Positions 20,615 to 28,853 of a stretch of 47,578 nt of DNA are shown here, piece by piece. The notes below the pieces were generated by a model. That model was not told the origin of the DNA, ran no database searches, and worked only from the letters and a program-made list of their open reading frames with translations. This DNA comes from Chloroflexota bacterium. Lineage in GTDB: Bacteria > Chloroflexota > Limnocylindria > Limnocylindrales > CSP1-4. The stretch spans positions 1-47,578 of the forward strand of contig JADGQI010000063.1 in assembly GCA_017881905.1 (NCBI GenBank). Direction: 5' to 3'. The number at the start of each line of letters is the position of its first letter. The stretch's first letter is position 1. Position numbers and translations under genes: made by a program.

Positions 20615-21207
20615 TCAGGGAGCGGCGACCATCATCGCCAGGAGGGTCTGGACCGTGGTGAGGTGCGGGCCGTCGCCCGGACCTCGAGGCGCCGCTCGAG
20701 GAGCGGAGCGAGGATGCTCCGCCCGACCCCGTTCGGCAGGTCGAGATAGGCGACCCGCCCGGCGACCTGGACCTGCTCGGGCGCGGCGTCGACCGCCTGG
20801 AGGGATCGGATCGCCGCCGCCGACGGTGGTCGGGCCAGGAACGCGACGATCAGACGCTTCGGATCGGCCACCGGGAATGGGACATCCGCCACCGTCCGCT
20901 CGAGGTCGTCCCGGCTCCGGACCAACACGTCCACGTCGAGCCCGAGTCGAGCCGTGAGCGCATCGTGGATCCCCGTTCCCAGGCGCGCGTCGCTCGCTCG
21001 GTCGTCGCTCGTTGGGTCGTCGTGGGTCGCTGCGGCGCCGCCAGCGGCCGCCGCCGTGAACACGACGTTGCCGCTTTGGATGTAGGTCGCGACGTCGCCG
21101 TGGCCGAGCGACTCGACGATCTCGCGCAGGTCGACCATCCGGATCCGCGCGTTGCCACCGACGTTGACCCCACGCAGGAGCGCGACGTAGGTGGTTCGGT
21201 CAGCCAT
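20615..21207 (-). pseudogene. DUF1697 family protein with an apparent 1-nt deletion near 20664 (pseudogene or assembly error)
   Basis: YVALLRGVNVGG and TYIQSGNVVF motifs. Adding one A after cgc restores TARNLTTVQTLLAMMVAAP-stop (20615); as assembled the ORF stops at 20632. Confidence 0.7.
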
Positions 21208-22927
21208 CGAGCCAGCGCAGCCGCGCCCGCGCGGCCTTGGCTCGCGAGAGCGCCTCGTCGGGGGTCTCCGCGCCGACCACCGTGACGTGGCCCATCTTCC
21301 GGCGCTCGAACACGCGTCGCTTGTCGTAGACGTGGAGGTGGACGAGCGGGTCAGCGAGGGCAGCCTCGACACCGACCAGGCGCGCCTCCCGGAGCGGGCC
21401 CGTCCCGAGAAGGTTGACCATCGCGGTGGGTCCGTGCGCATCCGAGGATCCGAGGGGGAGCCCGCAGATCGCCCGGATGTGCTGCTCGAACTGGCTGGTC
21501 GCCGCACCTTCGATCGTCCAGTGGCCGCTGTTGTGGACCCGCGGCGCGAGCTCGTTGATGACGATCGATCCGTCCCTGAGCAGGAACAGCTCGACCGTAA
21601 GCGTGCCGACCACGTCGAGCTCCATCGCGATCCGCACGGCCAGCTCCGTCGCCTCGTCGGCGACGGCACCGGTGATCGGGGGCGGCGCAGGTGCGACCGA
21701 CTCGACGAGGATGCCCAGGTCGTGCCGGTTCGCGGCGAGTGGGAACGACACGGCCCGGCCGGCGAGGTCGCGGCCGACGACCACGGAGAACTCGCAGGCG
21801 AAGTCGATCTCTGGTTCGAGAAGCAGGCCGACCCGCTCGGCGACCGGTCCGAGCGCCGCCCAGGCCGCCTCGATCCCCTCCGGGCCGTCGGAGTCCGCGA
21901 TCCGGACCTGACTGCGGCCGTCGTACCCCCCGATCGCGGCCTTCAATCGCAGCGGGTAGCCCAGGGCCAGCGCACCGGCGCGCAGATCATCGAGCGTACG
22001 GACCTCGCGCCAGGGGCCGGTCGGCGCATCGATCGACTCCAGGAATCGGCGCTCGGCGAGGCGATGCTGGGTCGTCCGCAGCGCGAACGCGCCGGGACGG
22101 ACGGGCAGCTGGGCATCGAGCGCATCGGCCAGGGCCGCGGAGACGTGCTCGAGCTCGTAGGTCACCACCGCGCAGCCGCGGGCCAGCTCGAGGCCCGCGT
22201 CGATGTCGTCGTAGGGAGCCTGGACGAGTCGATCCGCGATCGCGGCCGCCGGACAGGCCGGGTCCGGGTCGAGGACAGCCACCCGGTACCCGAGCGCCCG
22301 GGCGGCAGAGCCGAGCATCCGGCCGAGCTGGCCGCCGCCGAGGATCCCGATGGTGGCGCCGATCGGGATCGGCGGCTCGGCCGCCGCGTGGTCGCCCAGG
22401 ACGCTCCGGATGAACGCGGTCTTGGCCATCGAATAGCGTAGGCCGCTGGTGATCCCGGCGTCGACGATCTCATGCTTGAGCGCGGCGTACCGCTCGACGA
22501 GCTCAGCATCGCCCCGCAACGCGTCGCGGAAGACGATCTGGCGAGACCACTCGGCGGCGTCGGGGATGACGTGGAGGTGGATCTGCCGCGGCGCATCGTC
22601 GCCGTCGCCCGGGGCCAGTCCGCCGAGGACGAGCGGCCGCGTGGGTGGGAAGGCGTTCGCGTTGTCCTGCGGCTGGAACCCGAGCTCGAGCAGCAGCTCG
22701 GTGATGGCCGGCACGTGCACGGGGTCCGACGGGTGGATCCCGAGGTCGACCACGCCCTTGCCGGCGAGCCCGGGGACCGCGGTGCTGCCCAAATGCTCCA
22801 CGACGAGGTTGGCCCGACGCTCGGCCACGAGCTCCGCGACCTTCCGGGCGACGTTCGCGCATCCCGGGTCCGGCGGACGGACGGCCAGCGGCAGTCGCGG
22901 GTACGGTCCGATCGGTGACTCCGGCAC
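21200..22927 (-). CDS. purK: N5-CAIR synthetase PurK with a fused N-terminal GrpB (UPF0157) domain
   Basis: EHLGSTAVPGLAGKGVVD...FRDALR...YAALK...KTAFI (GrpB) followed in frame by GILGGGQLGRML, GGYDGRSQ, NELAPRVHNSGH, TSQFEQH and RKMGH (PurK). Confidence 0.92.
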   Translation of the reverse strand: MPESPIGPYPRLPLAVRPPDPGCANVARKVAELVAERRANLVVEHLGSTAVPGLAGKGVVDLGIHPSDPVHVPAITELLLELGFQPQDNANAFPPTRPLVLGGLAPGDGDDAPRQIHLHVIPDAAEWSRQIVFRDALRGDAELVERYAALKHEIVDAGITSGLRYSMAKTAFIRSVLGDHAAAEPPIPIGATIGILGGGQLGRMLGSAARALGYRVAVLDPDPACPAAAIADRLVQAPYDDIDAGLELARGCAVVTYELEHVSAALADALDAQLPVRPGAFALRTTQHRLAERRFLESIDAPTGPWREVRTLDDLRAGALALGYPLRLKAAIGGYDGRSQVRIADSDGPEGIEAAWAALGPVAERVGLLLEPEIDFACEFSVVVGRDLAGRAVSFPLAANRHDLGILVESVAPAPPPITGAVADEATELAVRIAMELDVVGTLTVELFLLRDGSIVINELAPRVHNSGHWTIEGAATSQFEQHIRAICGLPLGSSDAHGPTAMVNLLGTGPLREARLVGVEAALADPLVHLHVYDKRRVFERRKMGHVTVVGAETPDEALSRAKAARARLRWLDG

Positions 22928-22933
22928 GGGTCG

Positions 22934-22943
22934 AGTGTATCCT
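22934..22943. promoter_or_regulatory. Overlapping divergent -10 boxes
   Basis: TACACT on - (22934-22939), 6 nt from the purK GTG; TATCCT on + (22938-22943), 9 nt from the ATG at 22953. Confidence 0.55.
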
Positions 22944-22952
22944 CGGCCGACC

Positions 22953-23591
22953 ATGCGCAGAATGATCGGCCGGCACGTCCTCGAGGTGGACGTCGGCTAA
23001 CTGACCGACCTGACGGCCCGCTTCGAGCGGGTCGAGATCGACGTGGGGACCGGCGACGGTCGGGCGGTGATCCGCGCCGCCGCCCGGCAGCCGACGACCC
23101 TCGTCATCGGGCTCGACGCCGTGGCCGGCGCGATGACCGACGCCTCCCGGCGCTCGGCCCGATCCGTGGCGCGCGGTGGCGTCGACAACGCCCTGTTCTG
23201 CGTCGCCGGCATCGAGGCGCCACCACGCGAGCTCGTCGGTCGCGGCGATCTTGTCACCGTGCGGTTCCCGTGGGGATCGCTGCTCCGGGGCGTGCTCGGC
23301 GTGGACCCGGCGGCACGGGCCGGGCTCGCCTCGCTGGTCGCGCCGGCCGGATCGATCGACGCCCTCGTCTCGATCGAGGGTCGGGATGGACTGCCGGACC
23401 TCCTTCACACGACGGATGACCGGACTCGGCTCGCTGAGGCGTGGCGAGCGGAGGGCTTCGTCGTCGACGACCTGCGGTCCGCCAGTAAGGGGGAGGTGGC
23501 AGCGTCCGGTTCGACCTGGGCCCGACGGCTCGGCGCGACGTCCGCTGAGCGTCGGCGGGTCGTGCGCTTCCGCCTGTCACGGCTCCCGTAG
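22953..23591 (+). pseudogene. KamB/NpmA-family 16S rRNA m1A1408 methyltransferase with in-frame TAA at codon 16
   Basis: MRRMIGRHVLEVDVG*LTDLTARFERVEIDVGTGDG...GLDA...FPWGSLLRGVLG...STWARRL matches the family layout; TAA at 22998-23000. Confidence 0.8.
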
Positions 23592-23644
23592 GATGGTCGG
23601 ATGACCGGTCACCCGCCCTGGCTCCGATCGGCGTAGGCCCATCG

Positions 23645-25036
23645 ATGCCCGCCGGAACGTCACTCCCCGATCGGCCGCCGTTCGTCCTCCGGGCGAGGCT
23701 GCTCACCCCGTTGACCGGAGGCGGGACCGGATACCTCCGGGACGGCGCGCTCGCGGTCGACGCGACGGGTCGGATCGAAGCTGTCACCGACTGGGAGGCC
23801 TGGGCGCGCGCCGCGACGACGGCCGGTCGGCGGTCCGACGCCGAGGCGATGCTGTCGGCCGTCGTCGACCTGCGTCCGCTGGTGGTGCTCCCCGGCCTGG
23901 TCGACCTTCACGTCCACCTGCCGCAGCTGCCGAACGCCGGCGTGGGGGCCGGGCTCGATCTCCTGACCTGGCTCGGACGGTACATCTTCCCGCTCGAGGC
24001 CGAGTTCGACGCGGCGACCGCCGAGCGCGTCGCGCCCGCGGCCTTCCGGGCGATGGCCGCCGCCGGGACGACGACCGCGATGATGTACGGCGCCGTGTTC
24101 GAGCCGAGCCTGGACATCGCGTTCCGGGCGGCCGAGACGCACGGCATCCGGGCGATCATCGGCAAGGTCATGATGGACCGGCTGACCTACGACGACCGGC
24201 TGCCCGCCGATCGGATCCTCGAGCTCAGCCTGCGGCAGTCGGCCGACCTGTGCTCCCGCTGGAACGGTCGCGACGACGGCCGTCTCCAGTACGCCTTCAC
24301 CCCGCGGTTCGCCGTGTCGTGCACGGCAGACATGCTCCGGGAGTCGGCCGCGCTCGCGCGCCAGACCGGCGCGTATTGGCAGACGCACCTGTCCGAGGAC
24401 GTCCACGAGATCCGGGAGGTCGCCCGCCTGTTCCCAGACGCCGTCGACTACGTCGACGTGTATGACCGGGCCGGTGGCCTCGGTCCGCGGACCGTGCTCG
24501 CGCACGCCATCCACCTGTCGGACCGCGAGGTCGCGCGGATCGCCGAGACCGACACGGCCCTGGCGCATTGCCCGGCCTCGAACCTGTTCCTCGCCTCGGG
24601 AGCGATGCCGCTCGCCCGCTATCTGGCGGCCGGGATCCGGGTCGGTCTCGGGTCGGACGTCGCCGCCGGACCCGAGCTGTCGCTCTTCGCCAACATGCGT
24701 GCCGGGGCGTACGTCATGAACGGGCTCCGGGTGCTGGAGGGTGACGATGCCCCGGGCCCGCTCGTCCCGAGCGAGTGGCTCCGGATCGGAACGCTCGATG
24801 GGGCACGAGCCCTCGGGCTGGACGAGCGGATCGGCTCGCTCGAGGTCGGCAAGGAGGCGGACCTGATCGTCATCGATCCGAGGATGGTCGCGCCGATCCC
24901 CGGCATCGACTCGGACGATCCGGACGAGATCGTGTCGCGGCTCGCCTTCCGACCCCACCCGGCGATGGTCCGTGGGGCGTGGGTCCGCGGCCGGCGGCTC
25001 GACGGACCGCCGGGCACCGAGGCCCTCGACGGATGA
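23645..25036 (+). CDS. guaD: Guanine deaminase
   Basis: PGLVDLHVHLPQ, LLTWLGRYIFPLE, FTPRFAVSC, QTHLSE, LAHAIHL, HCPASNLFLASG and GLGSDVAAG motifs. Confidence 0.92.
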   Translation: MPAGTSLPDRPPFVLRARLLTPLTGGGTGYLRDGALAVDATGRIEAVTDWEAWARAATTAGRRSDAEAMLSAVVDLRPLVVLPGLVDLHVHLPQLPNAGVGAGLDLLTWLGRYIFPLEAEFDAATAERVAPAAFRAMAAAGTTTAMMYGAVFEPSLDIAFRAAETHGIRAIIGKVMMDRLTYDDRLPADRILELSLRQSADLCSRWNGRDDGRLQYAFTPRFAVSCTADMLRESAALARQTGAYWQTHLSEDVHEIREVARLFPDAVDYVDVYDRAGGLGPRTVLAHAIHLSDREVARIAETDTALAHCPASNLFLASGAMPLARYLAAGIRVGLGSDVAAGPELSLFANMRAGAYVMNGLRVLEGDDAPGPLVPSEWLRIGTLDGARALGLDERIGSLEVGKEADLIVIDPRMVAPIPGIDSDDPDEIVSRLAFRPHPAMVRGAWVRGRRLDGPPGTEALDG

Positions 25037-25106
25037 CGGCCGGTCTCGAGGCGGCTGACCGATGAGCGGGGGGTGCGTCTCATCGCGGCCGCCGAGATAC
25101 CCCCGA

Positions 25107-25760
25107 TCAGAGGATGACGATGCCGTTCGCTGCGGGCTGCCGCCCGTCACCGAGCGCCGCGAGGATCTCACGAGAATCCAATGGGTAGGTCCCGCGCAAC
25201 GCGTCCCTGCTGAGCGCGAGAGCGCGCCGGTTCGCCCGCGTATCGGCGATCAGGATCACGACCCGATCGACCCGTCCGTCTCGCTGCTTGCGATTGATCC
25301 GTCGCTCCAACGCCTGGACGTCCGCGATGCGCGTCTCGGCTTCGAGCGCCGTCTCGGACCCGACCGGCCCGATCACCACGTCCCAGGCACGCAGGTCGCC
25401 AGGGATCGGAAGGGGCACCTCAACGCGCCATGGGATCGTCGGCGGGAGGCGCCGCCGGAGTCGATCGAGGAGCGTCACCTGGGCCACATCCCGAACGGGA
25501 TCGCCCGACGGATACGCCCGAACGACCAGGTCCAACCCGACGGCGGCACACGTTCTGGCCAGGATCAGGATCGCGACGCCCGGAAGCTCGGCGCGTTCGA
25601 TCCGCCCGATGGTCGTGTGGGATACGCCCACGGCGCCGGCAACCGTGGCTTGGCTCAGCCCCGCACCCAGGCGCGCTCGACGGACCTCCTCGCCGACCGA
25701 GGCGAGCGCACTCCGCGCAAGTCGGGTACCTCGGTCTCGGGATCGCTCGCGGGTCGCCAC
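25107..25760 (-). CDS. XRE-type HTH fused to a PD-(D/E)XK/Vsr-like nuclease-fold domain
   Basis: RRARLGAGLSQATVAGAVGVSHTTIGRIER (HTH); WRVEVPL..RAWDVVI..LEAETRIADVQ (E..D..ExE pattern). Start uncertain (25760 or 25796). Confidence 0.75.
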   Translation of the reverse strand: MATRERSRDRGTRLARSALASVGEEVRRARLGAGLSQATVAGAVGVSHTTIGRIERAELPGVAILILARTCAAVGLDLVVRAYPSGDPVRDVAQVTLLDRLRRRLPPTIPWRVEVPLPIPGDLRAWDVVIGPVGSETALEAETRIADVQALERRINRKQRDGRVDRVVILIADTRANRRALALSRDALRGTYPLDSREILAALGDGRQPAANGIVIL

Positions 25761-25896
25761 CTCCGCAGATCTTCCCCGACCACGCTTATCCCGCACGTAT
25801 TTGGGCGGGATGCCGGGCGTCGGGCTCTAGGTCGACCTCCCGATCAGCCTGATCGAGGTGCAGTCGCCCGCCGCGGCTCGCACCGGTCTGATGACC

Positions 25897-26071
25897 TTGG
25901 TGCGTGGTGCGTTCAAACGAGCGATCAGCGACGCGTCGGGGGCCGGCCGGGTGTCGACCCCGAATTCGTCCCGCACCGATCCGACCGCCGACGGTCCCTG
26001 TTCGAGCGTGCCACGCACGGCGGCGGGTACTCCGACCGCCAGAGCCGCCTGTTGGAGCGTGCCACGCACCA
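25897..26071. repeat. Three-copy REP-like palindromic cluster (one inverted copy, two direct copies with 51-nt period)
   Basis: ggtgcgtggtgcgttcaaac (25899-25918) is inverted relative to gttcgagcgtgccacgcac (26000-26018) and gttggagcgtgccacgcacca (26051-26071); tccgaccgcc precedes both direct copies. Confidence 0.8.
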
Positions 26072-26116
26072 TCCAGGGTCCGAGATCACTGCATCGGCCG
26101 CTCTGAGCGCCGGCCG

Positions 26117-27814
26117 ATGACCGACCAACCGGTCGACCTGCTGATCGTCGGGGGCACGATCGTCGACGGGACTGGCGCGCCGGGGTTCCCCGGGACGGTC
26201 GCCGTGACCGGTGACACGATCCGCGTCCTGCGCGGGCCGGAAGCCGCTCCCGGCACCCGACCGACGTCGGTTGCAGGCACCGGGCCGGCCGCCGCTCCCG
26301 GCACCCCACCGACGTCGGCTGCCGGCGAACCCGGTGCACGTCCGCCCGCCTTGCGCACGATCGACGCGACCGGTCACGTCGTGGCGCCGGGGTTCATCGA
26401 CCTCCACAGCCACGGCGGGCTGGTGATCCTGGCCGAGCCGCGGCACGAGCCCAAGGTCCGCCAGGGCGTCACGACCGAGGTCATCGGCGTCGACGGCAAC
26501 GCCTACGCCCCGTTCCGGACCCAGCACGACCTCGACGACTTCCTGACCCTCAACGCAGGCCTCGACGGCCGCCCGGACCTCGCCTACGACTGGCGCACGG
26601 TCGCGGACTACCTCGCCCGGTACGACGGCAAGGTCGCGGTCAACATCGCCTACCTCGTCGGCAATTCGGCCCTGCGGATCGCGGCCGTCGGGTGGGACGA
26701 CGTCGAGCCGACGAGCGCCCAGATGGCCGACCAGCGCGCGCTCCTCCGCGAGGGGCTGGAGGACGGCGCCTTCGGCCTGTCGACGGGTCTCGACTACCCG
26801 CCCGGCGCCTACGCCACGACCCGCGAGTTGGCCGACCTGCTGGCCGAGGCCACCCGTCTCGGCGGCTTCTACCACACCCACGTCCGGTATCCGCTCGGCG
26901 ACGGGTTCCTCGACCCGTTCCGGGAAGCGATCGAGATCGGTCGGCGGGGCGGTGGACCCGTCCACATCACCCACTTCTACCATCGGGCCACCTTCCCGGG
27001 GTCCCCGGCGGACATGCTCGGACTCGTCGACGACGCCCGGGGCGAGGGCCTCGATGTGAGCTTCGACCTGTATCCGTACGAGTGGGCGAGCACCCGCCTG
27101 CTGATCATGCTTCCGCCGTGGATCCAGGCCGGCGGCGTGACCCGTCTCAGGGAACGGCTGGCGGATCGGGCGATCCGGGGGCGGATCCGGGAAGAGCTCG
27201 CCGCGCGCGGCCGCCTGTTCGCCGGGGTGGGAGCCTGGGCCGATCTTCGGCTCGGCCACTTCCGACGGCCGGACCATCTGCGCTGGGAGGGTCGCACGCT
27301 CGCCGACTACCTCGCCGAGACCGGTCAGGACCCGGTCGACGGGATCTGCGACCTCCTGCTTGCCGAGGATCTCGGCGTCAACCAGGTCTCACCGGGACCG
27401 CATCGCGCCGGGATCCCCCCGTTCCTCGTCCACGATCGGTCGATGATCGGGACCGACAGCGTGCTGATCGGGTCGATGCCGTCGCCACGGACCTACGGCT
27501 CGTTCCCGCGGATCCTGGGCGAGTTCGTCCGTGAGGAGCGGCTGCTGAGCCTCGAGGCGGCCGTCCGGAAGATGACCGGCGTTCCGGCAGCGCGGCTCGG
27601 GCTGACCGACCGCGGGCTCCTGCTCGACGGCCTCAAGGCCGACATCGTCGTGTTCGATCCGGCCGTCGTCCGGTCGCTCGCCACCTACGACGACCCTCGC
27701 CGCTATCCGGCCGGCATCCCCCACGTCATCGTCAACGGTCGGCTCGTCATCGACGGCGGCGAGCACACCGGCGCGCTGCCCGGTCGCGCGCTCCGACGTG
27801 GCCGATCGGTCTGA
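26117..27814 (+). CDS. N-acyl-D-amino-acid deacylase family amidohydrolase
   Basis: GGTIVDGTG, APGFIDLHSH, QGVTTEV, GLSTGLDYPPG, YHTHVR, PRTYGSFPR and ADIVVFDP motifs. Confidence 0.9.
   Translation: MTDQPVDLLIVGGTIVDGTGAPGFPGTVAVTGDTIRVLRGPEAAPGTRPTSVAGTGPAAAPGTPPTSAAGEPGARPPALRTIDATGHVVAPGFIDLHSHGGLVILAEPRHEPKVRQGVTTEVIGVDGNAYAPFRTQHDLDDFLTLNAGLDGRPDLAYDWRTVADYLARYDGKVAVNIAYLVGNSALRIAAVGWDDVEPTSAQMADQRALLREGLEDGAFGLSTGLDYPPGAYATTRELADLLAEATRLGGFYHTHVRYPLGDGFLDPFREAIEIGRRGGGPVHITHFYHRATFPGSPADMLGLVDDARGEGLDVSFDLYPYEWASTRLLIMLPPWIQAGGVTRLRERLADRAIRGRIREELAARGRLFAGVGAWADLRLGHFRRPDHLRWEGRTLADYLAETGQDPVDGICDLLLAEDLGVNQVSPGPHRAGIPPFLVHDRSMIGTDSVLIGSMPSPRTYGSFPRILGEFVREERLLSLEAAVRKMTGVPAARLGLTDRGLLLDGLKADIVVFDPAVVRSLATYDDPRRYPAGIPHVIVNGRLVIDGGEHTGALPGRALRRGRSV
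26233..26328 (+). repeat. In-frame 48-bp tandem duplication
   Basis: gccgctcccggcacccgaccgacgtcggttgcaggc vs gccgctcccggcaccccaccgacgtcggctgccggc; each copy contains the palindrome ccgacgtcgg. Confidence 0.8.
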
Positions 27815-27836
27815 GTCCGGCGCGACCGAGGGTGCG

Positions 27837-28853
27837 ATGATCGTGGCCATGCGCCAGGGCCCTCGTCCGCCGCTCGCCTGTCCGTCGAGGCCCCTGGGCG
27901 GGCTCGACCGTCCGGTATCCCGGATCATCCTGGGGATGTCGGCCGCGACCGACGACCTGCCGCGGCTGTGGGACGCGTTCGTGGAGCTCGGCGGGAACGC
28001 GATCGATTCGGCGCACTCCTACCCGAACGAGGTCTCGCTCGGCCGATGGCTGGCTGGACGACCCGATCGCGACGAGCTGATCATCGTCGGCAAGGCCGGA
28101 CATCCCCATCGACAGGGCGGCCAGCCGCGGATCCGGCCGGCCGACATCGAGCAGGACCTCGTCGAGAGCCTCGACCGGCTGGGACGCGACCGGATCGACC
28201 TGTTCCTCCTCCATCGCGACGACGAGACGATCCCGGTCGGTGAGATCATGAGTGCGCTGGCTGACCATCGCGCCGCCGGTCGGATCCTCGCCACGGGCGC
28301 CTCGAACTGGACGACGGATCGACTCGCCGAGGCGGACGGCTGGGCCAAGGCGCACGGCCTCCCTCCGTTCGACGCATCGAGTCCGAACCTCTCCCTGGCG
28401 GTGCCGATCAGCGCACCGTGGCCGGGCTGCCTGACCGCCGGGGACCCGGTTTCGCTGGCCTGGTACGAGCGCGAGCAGCTGCCGGTCATCTCCTGGTCAC
28501 CGCTGGCTCGCGGCTACTTCGCCGACTCGGACGATGCCGGCGAGCGTGCGCGCCCGTCGGGTCCGGACCAGGAGCTCGAATTCCGGGCGGCGACCCAGGC
28601 GTTCGACACGCCCGACAATCGCTCCCGGCGCGAACGAGCCCGAGCGCTGGCGGCCCAGCTCGGCGTGTCGACCAACGAGATCGCCCTGGCCTGGGTCATG
28701 AACCAGCCGTTCCCGACGTGGGCGACCGTCGGGGCTGTATCCATCTCGCAGATCGCGCAGAGCATCGCGGCCTGCGGCCTGGCCCTCACCGTCGACCAGG
28801 TCCGCTGGCTCGCCGATGGCGGATCCCGGGCCGACCGGACGGACGGCCGATGA
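27837..28853 (+). CDS. Aldo/keto reductase
   Basis: IDSAHSY, ESLDRLG..IDLFLLHRDD, GASNW and SWSPLARG motifs. Start 27837 or 27849. Confidence 0.9.
   Translation: MIVAMRQGPRPPLACPSRPLGGLDRPVSRIILGMSAATDDLPRLWDAFVELGGNAIDSAHSYPNEVSLGRWLAGRPDRDELIIVGKAGHPHRQGGQPRIRPADIEQDLVESLDRLGRDRIDLFLLHRDDETIPVGEIMSALADHRAAGRILATGASNWTTDRLAEADGWAKAHGLPPFDASSPNLSLAVPISAPWPGCLTAGDPVSLAWYEREQLPVISWSPLARGYFADSDDAGERARPSGPDQELEFRAATQAFDTPDNRSRRERARALAAQLGVSTNEIALAWVMNQPFPTWATVGAVSISQIAQSIAACGLALTVDQVRWLADGGSRADRTDGR

Noticed and set aside
22998-23000. Stop-codon recoding (Sec/Pyl or alternative code) in the methyltransferase
   Set aside because: The codon is TAA, not TGA or TAG, and no other gene here needs readthrough.
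23601-23636. Short ORF MTGHPPWLRSA 6 nt after TAGGAT, upstream of guaD
   Set aside because: Fits the leaderless spacing, but the hexamer overlaps the previous gene's stop and the peptide has no informative codons; not enough support.
15500-26100. Repeat clusters at 15500-15880 and 25897-26071 as CRISPR arrays
   Set aside because: Only 2-3 degenerate copies in mixed orientation with irregular spacing, and no cas genes.
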